Positions 1-12,500 of a DNA stretch of 64,000 bases are shown here, piece after piece. Position 1 is the first letter of the stretch. Each line of letters starts with the position of its first letter. Made by a program: the position numbers and the translations under genes. The DNA is from Eledone cirrhosa. Its lineage: Eukaryota. A model generated the notes under the pieces. The model was given only the letters and a program-made list of their open reading frames with translations, was not told where the DNA came from and did no database searches. Where the stretch lies: the NCBI GenBank assembly GCA_964016885.1, contig OZ024743.1, positions 64,790,001-64,854,000 on the forward strand, written 5' to 3'.

Positions 1-318
1 AATATACAAATGTCAGGGAAGTGAATAGTGTATGAGTCATGATATACATGTGTGTATGTGTATGGAGGGGGAATATTAGGTGTAGTGTTGGCGAATCTCA
101 GGAAGTATGGAGGCCTTAAAGGATGCAGTGTCTCAACAGCTAACAACTGATGCAGGTAGTTTGTTCCATGCTTCAGCAACTCTGATCGTGAAAAAATGTT
201 TCCAAAAGTCATGGGAGCTGTGCTGTTTTCTGACTTTGTGGGCATGCCCACGTGTGTTAGACACATGGAAATCAAAAAGGTACTCAGGGTTGTTGTTAGC
301 GAGATGGTTAATGGTAAG
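1..318 (-). mobile_element. CR1-clade LINE 3' fragment
   Basis: Reverse complement of the [12 protein letters not shown]...[14 protein letters not shown] family seen at 8880-9220. Confidence 0.75.
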
Positions 319-917
319 ATGGTATTATATGTTAATACACAAAAAAACTATATAGGCTATAGCTTATTCTTGTATCCATACAAGAAACATATATGGCATC
401 CTCTCATGGCTACTGAGACAGCTGTGAATCATACAATAATTCAATAGAATATTTAATACAATAAAAAGCACCCAGTCCACATTGTAAAGCGGTTGTGTAG
501 GTGCCATGACAAAAAGCAGTTACACCATTTTGAGTCTCCAACATAGAATTTACTTCAATTTCAACATCTCAAATATTTCCTGTATATTACTTTAATATAT
601 TCTCATCATCATCAATTAACATCCATCTTCCCTGCCAGCAAGGGTTGGATGGATTGTCTACAGTCAATACTCAAGTGGAAGCTACTGACATCTCAGATGG
701 GATGTAGGCCTGCATCGCACTTACATACGTTCCTGTGGTTTAAAAGATGACCCTTCCTATCATCAACCACTTTACAGAGTATACTGGGTGTGTTTATCAT
801 GTAGATCACCATCACTAGGAAAGTTGTGTTGCCTTTGACATAACTAAAAAGTCCTTACCCTTTATTTGGCAAACTTTCTACATCTAGATGACCTTTAATA
901 ATTTATTTTACAATTCC

Positions 918-1272
918 CACTCTGGAGTAACGTTACTCGATAGAGTGCATAACTCAGAGATCAGAGAATCACTCCAGGTAGAGCCGCTACTTCTCCGAAT
1001 TGAGATGTCACAGCTCCAATACTATGGGCATGTGGTTAGAATGTCTCAGGAAAGAAGTGCTGGACAGATTTTACAGGCAAAACCAACTGACAGGAGATCC
1101 AGGGGTAGACCCCGAGCAAGATGGTTGGATAACCTCCATAAGCTTGGCTGGTCTTGCTTGGGGATCCAACCGGATCAGTTGGAGACGGTTGCTTCTAACA
1201 GGACCTGCTGGAAGGAGTGTTTGAGGACTCTACCATCATGACCCTCTCAAGAAAAAGTGGGCAAAGAAGAGA
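918..1272 (+). mobile_element. 3' fragment of a different RTE-clade (Expander/Rex3-like) LINE
   Basis: [40 protein letters not shown]...GRPRARW; gaagaaga tail. Confidence 0.8.
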
Positions 1273-1404
1273 GGAATTCCCTCCCAACCTTACACTAAAT
1301 GTCCCTAACACTACTACTCCATGGATCTCCTCACCAATACTTCATACTTTCCCATGGCAATATTCCTTGATCTTCCCACACCAATAAATCCAGACCTTAG
1401 AAAT

Positions 1405-1799
1405 AATTGTTTCTTCTTTTGGCACAAGGCCAGCAATTACCCAGTACATTACTGGTACTTTATTTTATCGACCCCGTAAGGATGAAAGGCAAAGTTAACC
1501 TCAACAGGATTTGAACTCAGACTGTAAATGGACGTAACTATGCTAGAAAGCATGGCGTCCAACCCTCTACCATTACTGCCAATTCCCCGCCCTTAGAAAT
1601 AATGAAAGAAAAAGTCAACCTGGCTGGGATTTGAACTCAGAACCTAAAGGTTCTGCTATGTTGATATGACAACTGTACCTGTAGAAAGTCCCTGATAAAG
1701 TTATTGGCTCTTTTGGAGTTTGGGCCAGGTACTTCATAGAGTGCGCATTCTTGACCAATAATGTAGATACTGGACAGTTCTCGGATGTAATAACTGCAA

Positions 1800-1832
<33 letters not shown>

Positions 1833-2385
1833 AATTATTGTGTACAGTGCTCAGGTGCACTACAACTCATCAAATAATAATAATAATTGTTTCTACTTTT
1901 GGCACCAGGCCAGCAATTACCCAATGCATTACTGGTACTTTATTCTATCGACCTCGGAAGGATGAAAGGCAAAGTTATATTGCTTCTATTTTAGGCACAA
2001 GGTCAGCAATTACCCAGTACATTACTGGTACTTTATTTTATCGACCCCGTAAGGATGAAAGGCAAAGTTAACCTCGGCGGGATTTGAACTCAGATCGTAA
2101 AGGGACGTAACTATGCTGGAAAGCATTTCCGACCCTCTACCGATACTGCCAATTCACCAATAATAATAATGGTTTCTTATATAGGCACAAGGCCAGCAAT
2201 TTGGGGGGAGGGGGGGAGTCGATTAAATTCACCCTAGTGTATTACTGGTACTTTATTTTATCAACCCCGTAAGGATGAAAGGCAAAGCTAATCTTGACAG
2301 GATTTGAACTCAGGACGTAAAGGGCCGCAACTATATGCCACAAAACATAATGTCCGACACTCTACTGATTCTGCCAATCCAATAA
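1405..2385 (-). mobile_element. Cluster of tRNA-derived SINEs of the most abundant family (other copies near 2665, 5340-5740, 9230, 12320-12860, 23900, 32040-32300, 51350, 53560)
   Basis: B-box GAGTTCAAATCC, body CTTTGCCTTTCATCC...GGGGTCGATAAAATAAAGTACCAGT, tail GGCCTTGTGCCTAAAGTAGAAAC(AAT)n. Confidence 0.8.
1679..1793 (-). CDS. TAF1: TAF1 coding exon 16
   Basis: ttgcag|[38 protein letters not shown]|gtacag. Confidence 0.92.
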
Positions 2386-5300
2386 CGATAATGATAATAA
2401 TAATACTGAAACAATCCCCTATAATAGGAGCTCTGGGACTTATAAAATAATGCATAAACAGGTATATAACCATTACTCCAGGATTTACAAATATGTATAC
2501 CTTACAGAAAAATAGCACTACTAGGCACTGCACACATATTACAAAAAATACTCTCAATACAATAGAAACAACACTGCACATACCCAAGGCACACAGAGCA
2601 GTGCTCAGTAATGCAGTGACGACATGCAATAATAGTAAAACAAATGATAATAATAACAATTTTCTCTAACATTGGCACAAGGCCAGCAATTTAGGGGAAG
2701 GGGAAAGCTGATTATGTCTATTCCAGTATTTAACAGGTACTTTATTTTATCGACCCTGAAAGAATGAAAAGCAAAGTTGACCATGGGGTATGTAAAGGGC
2801 CGTAACTATATGCCACGAAGCATTAGAGACGGAAAAAAATTCAAAAGCGCCTACATGGAATCAAATCCTGTATCTCTCAAATATCATGTAAGTGCATTAC
2901 CATTACACTATGGTGTGACTGTCACTTCTTCTCTTTTATAATACTATACTAAACAGCTTGGGGCTTGCAAATAAACATTATGAATTATTAGTTATAGTGA
3001 CTGACCGTTATTATAGCTATTTTCTGCAATTGGGACTCCCACATTTTCAAATACTCCCAGTGCTTCGATAATTCACAAGGTTTATAGTATAGTTGTACTC
3101 TCTGGTCTTGAATAATCGTCCACCCCTACCCACCTCCCGCTTATAAATTTTTTCAGATTTTTTCCAACACCCTTATTCTTATTCTACTCCCACCCACCCC
3201 CACTTATTAGATTTTGCTAATCTATCTCTGCCGAAATCTTATTTTAAGTGATAACATTCCTGCAACAATTAATTTTCTATAGACATTAAAAAACATTATA
3301 CATGACAAACAGGAACAAAATAAATAGGATGGATTGAGGTCTTAATATGTAAACTAAACAACTAATTCTGATTTTTAAAAATGTTCACACCCACAAATCT
3401 CTAAAAATCAGTGACTCCGTTTAAGTACACACTGGCCTGTGATCACACGTCCAGCCATTGCTAGCAGGGAAATCAGACATTAGACAACGATGATGATGAT
3501 AGTGATGATGATGATGATGATGATGATAATGGTGATAATGGTAGTGATGATGATGATGATGATAATGATAGTAATGGTGGTGATGATGATGATAAAACTT
3601 GTTGTAGCAGAAACCCAACAGGTCTCCTCATTATTCTAACAATTTTATTCCTTATCAAATCTCTACTTACTGTTGCCTGGTTCGTATAATTAAGAAGTCT
3701 GTTTCGGGCATGGTGTGTTCATAAATAGGAGCTCGAAATAAGTTGTTTTCAAAGGCCTGAAGGCAAAGACCAGGAGCCAAACTGCCCAAGAATGGAGACG
3801 TGTGAGCATAAGCCAGTTCCCCAAAAGTGAATTGAGGGGGGTTGGAGTCTTTTCCTGGTTTCTGTAAAATGAATAAATAAATAAATAAACAAAGTTAAAA
3901 AAAAAAAAAGAATTATATAAAGAGAAAAAAATCATTCTGAAATTAAAACCAAATAACTAGATATATAAAAAATATTTTTATTTAACTCTTAACATCCTTC
4001 CAGAAGATTCTATCAGAAGCAAGTGTCTCCAAATGTTCTAGGTAGATCTCCAAGTGAGACCAACTGAGCTTAGATAACGATGATGATTGCCATCATTAAC
4101 TCATACTAGTATGGAAAAGTGGACATTAAACGGTAATGATGATGAGGATGATATTATTTTTATATCCACTTTTCTATGCTGGCATGGGTTAGATGGGATA
4201 TTTTGAGGCATGTTTTACAGCCTGATGCCCTTCCTGACATCAAGCCTTTTAGTCACCTCTTACAACAATGTACCTGTTCTAACAGTCCAGGATACACATG
4301 GCAATGATAAATTTAGTAAACATCTTAAAGAGCCAATGAAAGAATTAACTAAAGTACAGAGCCATATAAGAGATTTGTAAAATGTATACAAGCATGAACA
4401 TCTATCTAACTTAACCCTTTAGCATTGAAACCAGTCATATCTGGCCAGAATTCTCTCACCTCTTTCTGCTCAAACCAGCTGTTCATACTGATGTTAAGGT
4501 ATTGTTCTCAAAACAAATATCAAAATTTCATACATTCGATACTGTGTGAGATAATTATGTGAGATAAAGCCTTTACCATGAAAATATAATAGTAAATATA
4601 GAGTAATGTAAATGCTAAAGGGTTAAGATATAATTGCCAAACAAAGGGCTGGATGGGGCCTTTCAGTGCTGGTGAGCTACACAATAAACAATCACCTGGT
4701 ACACTCCTGTAAAGTTGTAGGTGATAGGAAAGGGAACCAACCACAGAAAATCTGCCAAACAAAGATTTGGAAGGACTTCTCAGCTATGCCAAGAACAAGA
4801 ACCTCCCTAGTGTTGGTACCGTAATAAAATTCACTCAGTAGAGCACAGGATCATATGTTGGGCCCCTGGCCTGCCTGGAGGTCAAAGACTCTGCTTGAGT
4901 ACTGACCAGTCTGTGATGACATGTTCAACTCTTGTTAGCAGGGAAAATGGATGTTAAACGATGATGATAGTAAAATGAAAGGACCAAAACTAAGAATGAA
5001 ATATGAGGTTGAGATTCAATTCTCGTTAACAGTTCCATGCTCATTAGTAATGAAATGAATTATAAACTATACCCTTTTGTAATAATTTTTGATTTTGGTA
5101 GCCATTCCAACTTGCATCATCAAAGGCGGGAATTCTTCAGAGTATTCTGTGACGACAAGTTCCCCATCCATTCCAGAAAGATCTTGCATTGTCCGCATGA
5201 AGAAGATTTCACCTCCACCATAAGCTTGCCGTTCAACTTCTCTCATCTAAGACAAATAATAAAATTGGAAAATTCACTCATACAAAATATTGTAATTATT

Positions 5301-8300
5301 ATTATCATTATAAGGAAAGAAAGGAAGAAACCATTATTATTATTCAGCCCCAGTGTGTTACTGGTACTTTATTTTATCAACCACGTAGGGATGAAAGGCA
5401 AAGCTAGCCTTGGCGGGATTAGCTTTGCCTCTATCCTTATGAGGGTCGATAAAATAAAATACCAGTAACACACTAGGGCTGATTTAATCGACTTTCCTCT
5501 CCCACCAAAAATTAATGGCCTTGTGCCTAAAGTAGAAACAATTATTATTATTATTATTTCAGTAATTCAGAGGTTGGATTGGTATGACCCGTTACATTCT
5601 GAGTTCAAATCCTGCTGGGATCAACTTTGCCTTTCATCCTCACGGGCTCGATAAAATAAAGTACCAGTTAAGTACTGGGATCAATTTAATTGACATTCCC
5701 CTCCCCCCAAAAATTTCAGGCCATGTGACTATGTTAAAAACCATTATTATAAGCTTCTTCTTCTCTTTGGGGTCTCAGGATATGCAATCTTTGTGAATCC
5801 ATCCCACACCTCCCAGGACAGGTCGCAGTCCCATCTCCAGGTTTTATGGCAAGAAATGGAGACTGCAATATATTTTTCGAACAGGCCCTTCTACCCAAGA
5901 CCTGAACGCATCCCTTGTTAACCCATGTGAAGGATGATACAGTATGATTCTTTTTCTTACCTCTCACCATATTGCAGTTTTGGTGATCTTTTGACTAAGA
6001 TCAAAATGTAGTATCTGTTCTTATGAGCTTAATATCTGGTCCAGTAATTGAACCCAGAACCATATGATTGTGAGTCCAACACCCTAACCACTAGGCCACA
6101 TGCTTTTTACCATAGCCACAGTCTAGAGAGTAATGCTATTGATGTTACAACTAGGTGCTGAAAAGTTCCTGGCTTTAGGTAAAAGAAAATACAGGAGGAT
6201 CAGTTGATTATGATTTTATTCAATGTATTCCCCTCTCAGGTTCACTCACTTATTGCAGCGGTCCTTCAGTTTTTCTAAACCCTGTAAAAAGAACTTGGAA
6301 GGTTGGGCCTCCAACCAAGCTTCTGTAGCAGTGATCAAGCTAGGAACCTTTCAGCACCCTCTCATAGAATAAAAATATGAATAAAAGATGATTTCATCCC
6401 CAAACTACCAATCAATTCGTTACATACCAATCAATTTATTAGTATATCTGTAAAAATGATCTTACCTTTGCTTTCCGTTTTATCTGTTTTAACAACGGAA
6501 AAACTGCATGTGGCCCTGATGAAGCTAATGCTCCATAGGAATAACGTTTTATTTGTGGACGATGGAAACTGCGTAGTTTTGAGGGACCCATATGAGTTGG
6601 GAACAAGGGTTGCCTCAATTCCAAAGCCGGAGTAGAATGCTACACAAAAATAAAAGAATATGTGAGGTTAAACTATAACAACAAACAGTAATTTACCTAC
6701 AATACAGTTCCAACTGTAAGGCAGTAATCCTGGTACCCCCTGTAAATTGGTAGTACAGGAGTAGTTGAAGATAGCAGTGATTGAAAATTGAATTAGTAGC
6801 TTTCATCGTATTGTTTACTACAGAAAATAGTCAAATAACAGGGCATATAAACCCATTTTTTTCCGTTCCAAGGGCTTATATGCCCTGTTATTAGAATATT
6901 ATATTCCATAGCATTAGGTCATATATCACAAATGGAATTTAGAATGAATTGCAAATGAGATGAAATGTAAATAACAAATAAGGAAAAAGGAAAGAAAGAC
7001 AGATCGAAAGAAAGAAAGAGAGAGAAATAAATAAAGTGAGATAGAAAGAAAGAAAAAGACAAGGAAAGACAAAAGAAATATAATGGAAATAAAAACTGAC
7101 CTGGATAAGACTTCCTCCCATGTTAGTCCGTAATGCATTATCCATTGTAAGTTTTGGATTGTAAAATTCATCATTTGATAAGTTGAAAGGATCTTTTCTC
7201 TGAGCATTGGTGGGAATCTTAAACAAAACCAACAATATCATTATTGTTATTAATATTATTTAGATTATATCATATGTTTTTTTAATCTTTTATCTTCATG
7301 TCTTTGGTACAATAAGTACCAGTCACGAACTGGGTTCAGTTAAATAGATTATACTCTCTTTCAAAAATATGTGGTCTATTACCAGTATAAGAAATTCTTC
7401 TTCTTCGCCTGCTTATTCCTGTAAGGGTCATGGGGGAAGAGTCCCCAAACACTCCAACTAGTGGGTTCTGTCAGAAGCAACTGTTTCCAACTGATCCGGT
7501 TGGATCCCCAAGCAAGACCAGCCAAGATCATGGATGTTATCCAACCATCTTGCTCGGGGTCTACCCCTGGATCTCCTGTCAGTTGGTTTTGCCTGTAAAA
7601 TCTGTCCAGCACTTCTTTCCTGAGACATTCTAACCACATGCCCAATAGTATTGGAGCTGTGATCTCTCAATTCGAAGAAGTAGCAGCTCTAACTGGAGAG
7701 TCTCTCTGATCTCCGAGGTATTTCTTTTTCAAAAATATGTGGTCTATTACCAGTGTAAGAAATTATTATTATTATTACTACTACTACTACTTTTTAGAGT
7801 GTAGTATTTATTAGTATTTGATTCTGAATAGATATTGGTATACAGTAACACCAAACTATAGTCTTTGGGTACACTGGTTCTCACTTTTGACTCCGGGATA
7901 TTTTCCAGCCACATCCCAGTAATTTCTTCTGCTGTTAGTGAGGGACTGGACACTTGGAGAAGAGATGGGTACTGCGAAGCATTTCTAAAGCCCACTGAAA
8001 TGCCATGATAGACACAGTCAAACGTCTAGAGTGGCACCTCAACGACAGGCTGCACAAGTTACAGGGAAATGGGCACTTCCAAAGATTTTCAAGGCCCACT
8101 GAAATGTCATGATAAACATAGTCAAACATCTAGAATGACACCTTAACAACTGGCTACACCAGTTACAGGAACTTAACTGATTAATAATGTGTTGAGACAC
8201 TATTACAAACACTATTCCAAATACATCTAATACAATGGTGTTATTTGAGCCAACAAGCAACAAGAGAACCTCTTACATGGTTGCTCAATCTGCTAGAGAT

Positions 8301-9562
8301 AGTAGCCAAATGTCCATTATATCAAACTCCACCATCTTAAAAAAGAAAAGGATCTATTAAATAATGTAGTTTTAGATATCCCTAAAGACTGAATAGTTAC
8401 AGCTGGAATACCTTTGATCATAGCTCTATCTAATCAGGATGAACCTGGGGCTAAATAACAATAACATGCTAGCTTTGGAAAATAAAAAAAAAATTGAATA
8501 TGTTTGCTCGCCCTGTGAGAAATAGCAACCAAATTCCCCTCAAATCACACTTTACTGTCTAAAAAAGGGACAACACATTGGATAATGCAGTCCTACTTGC
8601 TAGAATACCTTTGATCATAGATCAGAGCTGACTCAGTGTTAAACAACAACAAACATAAAACAATAATGATAATGATATTGATTTAATGATACAAATTTAA
8701 TGGCATACCTCTTTTTCTTCCTCCTCTTCTTTAATAATTCCAGCCTTACCAAGCAAGATCTTTGATTTTTTAATTTCCTGTAAAATAAATTAAATATTAA
8801 ACTCAGAAATAATAACATCAGAAAATATTTATCTTCATATCACTCTACATACATTGATAACCAATGTCTATATATACTTTTTGATCTCCATGTGTCTAAC
8901 ACACGTGGACATGCCTACAAAATCAGAAAACAGCACAACTCCCATGACCTTCGGAAACATTTTTTCACGCTCAGAGTTGTTGAAGCATGGAACAAACTGC
9001 CTGCCTCAGTTGTTAGCTGCCGAGACACTGCAGCCTTTAAAACCCTCATGCTTCCCGAAATTCGCCAAAACTACACCTGATGTACCCCTTCCATACACAT
9101 GCACACGTGTATATCATGACTCATGCACTGTTCATTTTCATGACGTTTGTACATTACCCTATGTACTATACACTTTTTGATGAGTTGTAGTGCACCTGAG
9201 CACTGTACACAATATTTCATTATTATATATGGTGGATTGGCAGTATCGGGAGAGGGTCGGACGCCATGCTTTCCAGCATAGTTACGTCCCTTTACGATCT
9301 GAGTTCAAATCTCGCCGAGGTTGACTTTGCCTTTCATCCTTACGGGGTCGATAAAATAAAGTACCAGTAATGCACTGGGTAATTGCTGGGTAATTGCCTT
9401 GTGCCTAAAGTAGAAACAATTATTATATATCACTCTATATACATTGATAACCAATGTCTATATATCACTCTACATACATTGATAGCCAATGTCTATATAT
9501 CACTCTATATACATTGATAACCAATGTCTATATATATATCACTCTATATAAATTGATAACCA

Positions 9563-9599
<37 letters not shown>

Positions 9600-12500
9600 T
9601 CTATATACATTGATAACCAATGTTTATATATATATCACTCTATATACATTGATAACCAACGTCTGTATATATCACTCTACATACATTGACAACCAATGTC
9701 TTTATTTATTTATACATCTATTTAATCAATTTAAACGTCTGTACAGAGCTAGTAAGCCGTGACAGACTAGGGGAAGTATTGAGTACTCCTTACAGTTGGT
9801 AATCAAAAACAGCTAGTGAGATAAGTAATTAAAAAAATATAATAAATTAAAAAGGGGGAAAAAAACAAAAAAATATCACTTTATATACACTGATAACCAA
9901 TGTCTATATATCACTCTATATACATTGATAACCAATGTCTATATATCACTCTACATACATTGATATCCAATGCCTATATATCACTCTATATACATTGATA
10001 ACCAATATCTATATATCACTCTATATACATTGATAACTAATGCCTATATATCACTCTATATACATTGATAACCAATATCTATATATCACTCTATATACAT
10101 TGATATCCAATGCCTATATATCACTCTATATACATTGATAACCAATATCTATATATCACTCTATATACATTGATATCCAATGCCTATATATCACTCTATA
10201 TACATTGATAACCAATATCTATAAATCATTCTATATACATTCATATCCAATGCCTATATATCACTCTATATACATTGATAACCAATATCTATATATCACT
10301 CTATATACATTGATATCCAATGCCTATATATCACTCTATATACATTGATAACCAATATCTATATATCACTCTATATACATTCATATCCAATGCCTATATA
10401 TCACTCTATATACATTGATAACCAATATCTATATATCACTCTATATACATTGATATCCAATGCCTATATATCACTCTATATACTGGTGCAATAAGTAGCA
10501 GCAAGTGCCCACAGAATACTAGCTCATTCCATTGCACAGATCGTTCTATAGAAATAGTGGACAGCTTCCGTTACCTGGGTGACAAAATCAGCAGTGGTGG
10601 AGGGTGCTCTGAAAGTACAGTAGCTAGAGTCAGAACGGGATGGAAAAAGTTCAGAGAGCTTATACCACTATTGGCCGCTAAAGGGTTCTCTCTAAAAATG
10701 AAAGGCAGGCTGTATGATGCCTGCATACGAACAGCAATGTTACATGGCAGTGAGACCTGGGCATTGTGTGCAGAGGATATACGCAGACTGGAGAGAAACG
10801 AAGCTTGCATGCTCCGCTGGATGTGTAATAGTAATATACGTGAACGGGAAAGCATAAACGAACTAAGGGAGAAATTAGGAATAAGAGGGATCAGATGTTG
10901 TTTACTCGAGAGAAGACTACGTTGGTACAGTCACGTGATACGCATGAAAGACGACAGCTGTATAAAAAAGTGCAGGGCGATAAAAATAGACAGTAGCCAC
11001 GGAGTAGGCAGACCCAGAAAAACCTGGGACGACTTGATAAATTCCGACCTCACACACTTACACCTCTCCAAACAATGTCACTGGACCGAGATCTTTGGCG
11101 CTACACAGTTATACAGAAGACCCGCCTTGCCTAAGTACAAAGCGAAACCTACAGTCAGTAGGCACCTCTAACAAAATACACCCCCGTCCCACTACCCCCA
11201 CCCCCTTAAATGTGAAGTTATGTTGGTACCACAACATCCAGTCCAAAACAAATGAGGTCGTGTAGGTGTCACGACAAAAAAAAAACACACAGTCCACGTT
11301 GTAATGTGGCCGTGTAGGTAACACGGTAAAAACCTCCCAGTCCACACTGTAAACGTGGTTGGTGTTAGGAAGGGCATCCGGCCGTAGAAAACCCGCCAGA
11401 CAGTCCTATACGAGCAGGACAACCAATCTTGCCTCAAGTGGGAAAACTCCCGTCCAAACCCATGCAAGCGTGGAAGATGGACGTTAATCGATGATGATGA
11501 TGATACATTGATAACCAATGTCTATATATCACTTTATATACATTGATATCCAATGCCTATATATCACTCTATATACATTGATAACCAATATCTATATATC
11601 ACTTTATATACATTGATATCCAATGCCTATATATCACTCTATATACATTGATAATAAATTTTGTCATGAGAAAGACACTATATGAGATCTGAATACAGAA
11701 CATTGAAGTACCATTGCCACAATAGCTTAAACCTTTTGATACCAAACTGCCCCTAGTTCTATGATATTAGGCTTTTTATTTAAAGTGTTTATATTTATCT
11801 ACTCTTGGGTCTCAAATAATAGTTCCCTGCCCCCTCGCTTATTAAATTTTTCAGGGAATAATAATAGTTTACTCAGCTGTAGAAATGAGTTGCTAAGTCA
11901 CTGGTGCTAAGCTGTATCAGCCTTTGTTTTTCCTTTGGACAAAATCTGCAGCGTAGAGAAGGGAGACCAGTATGCATGGGCGACTGCTGGTCTTCCACAA
12001 ACGACCTTACTTGTGACTTGAAGGAGAACTTTCTAGGTAAGAATCCCATGGTCATTATTGACCAATGGGAGACTTTAGTACTTATGAAATAAAAAATAAT
12101 CACTTACTTTCTCTTTCTTGGCAGGCTCTGTTTGTTCATTTGGATCAATATCTTCAGGAACTTCAAGAATTATGTTGTCATCATTTGGATCAAGTGTTAA
12201 CATGGCTGGTCCAGGTATTTTCTCCATATTCTGTTTGGAAATAGATTTACAAAAATGTTATTTTATATTAAGTATATATGTGTGTATATTTGTCTATTAT
12301 AGCGTGGTACTATGTTATCAAGGCAGTGAACTGGCAGAATCATTAGAATGTCGGACATAACGCTTTGCGGTATTCATTCTGGCTCTCTGCTCTCCGAGTT
12401 CAAATCCCGCAGAGATCAACTTTGCTTTTCATCCTTATGAGTTCGATAAAAAAAAAGTACCAGTCCAGTACTGGGGTTGATTCTTCCTCTATATGTCTTT

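Noticed and set aside
5037-5468. 143-aa plus-strand ORF
   Set aside because: Antisense to TAF1 exon 14, running into SINE sequence.
6040-6105. tRNA gene (also similar heads at about 26800, 35020, 35720, 52250)
   Set aside because: A and B boxes are present but there is no intact cloverleaf; these are SINE heads.
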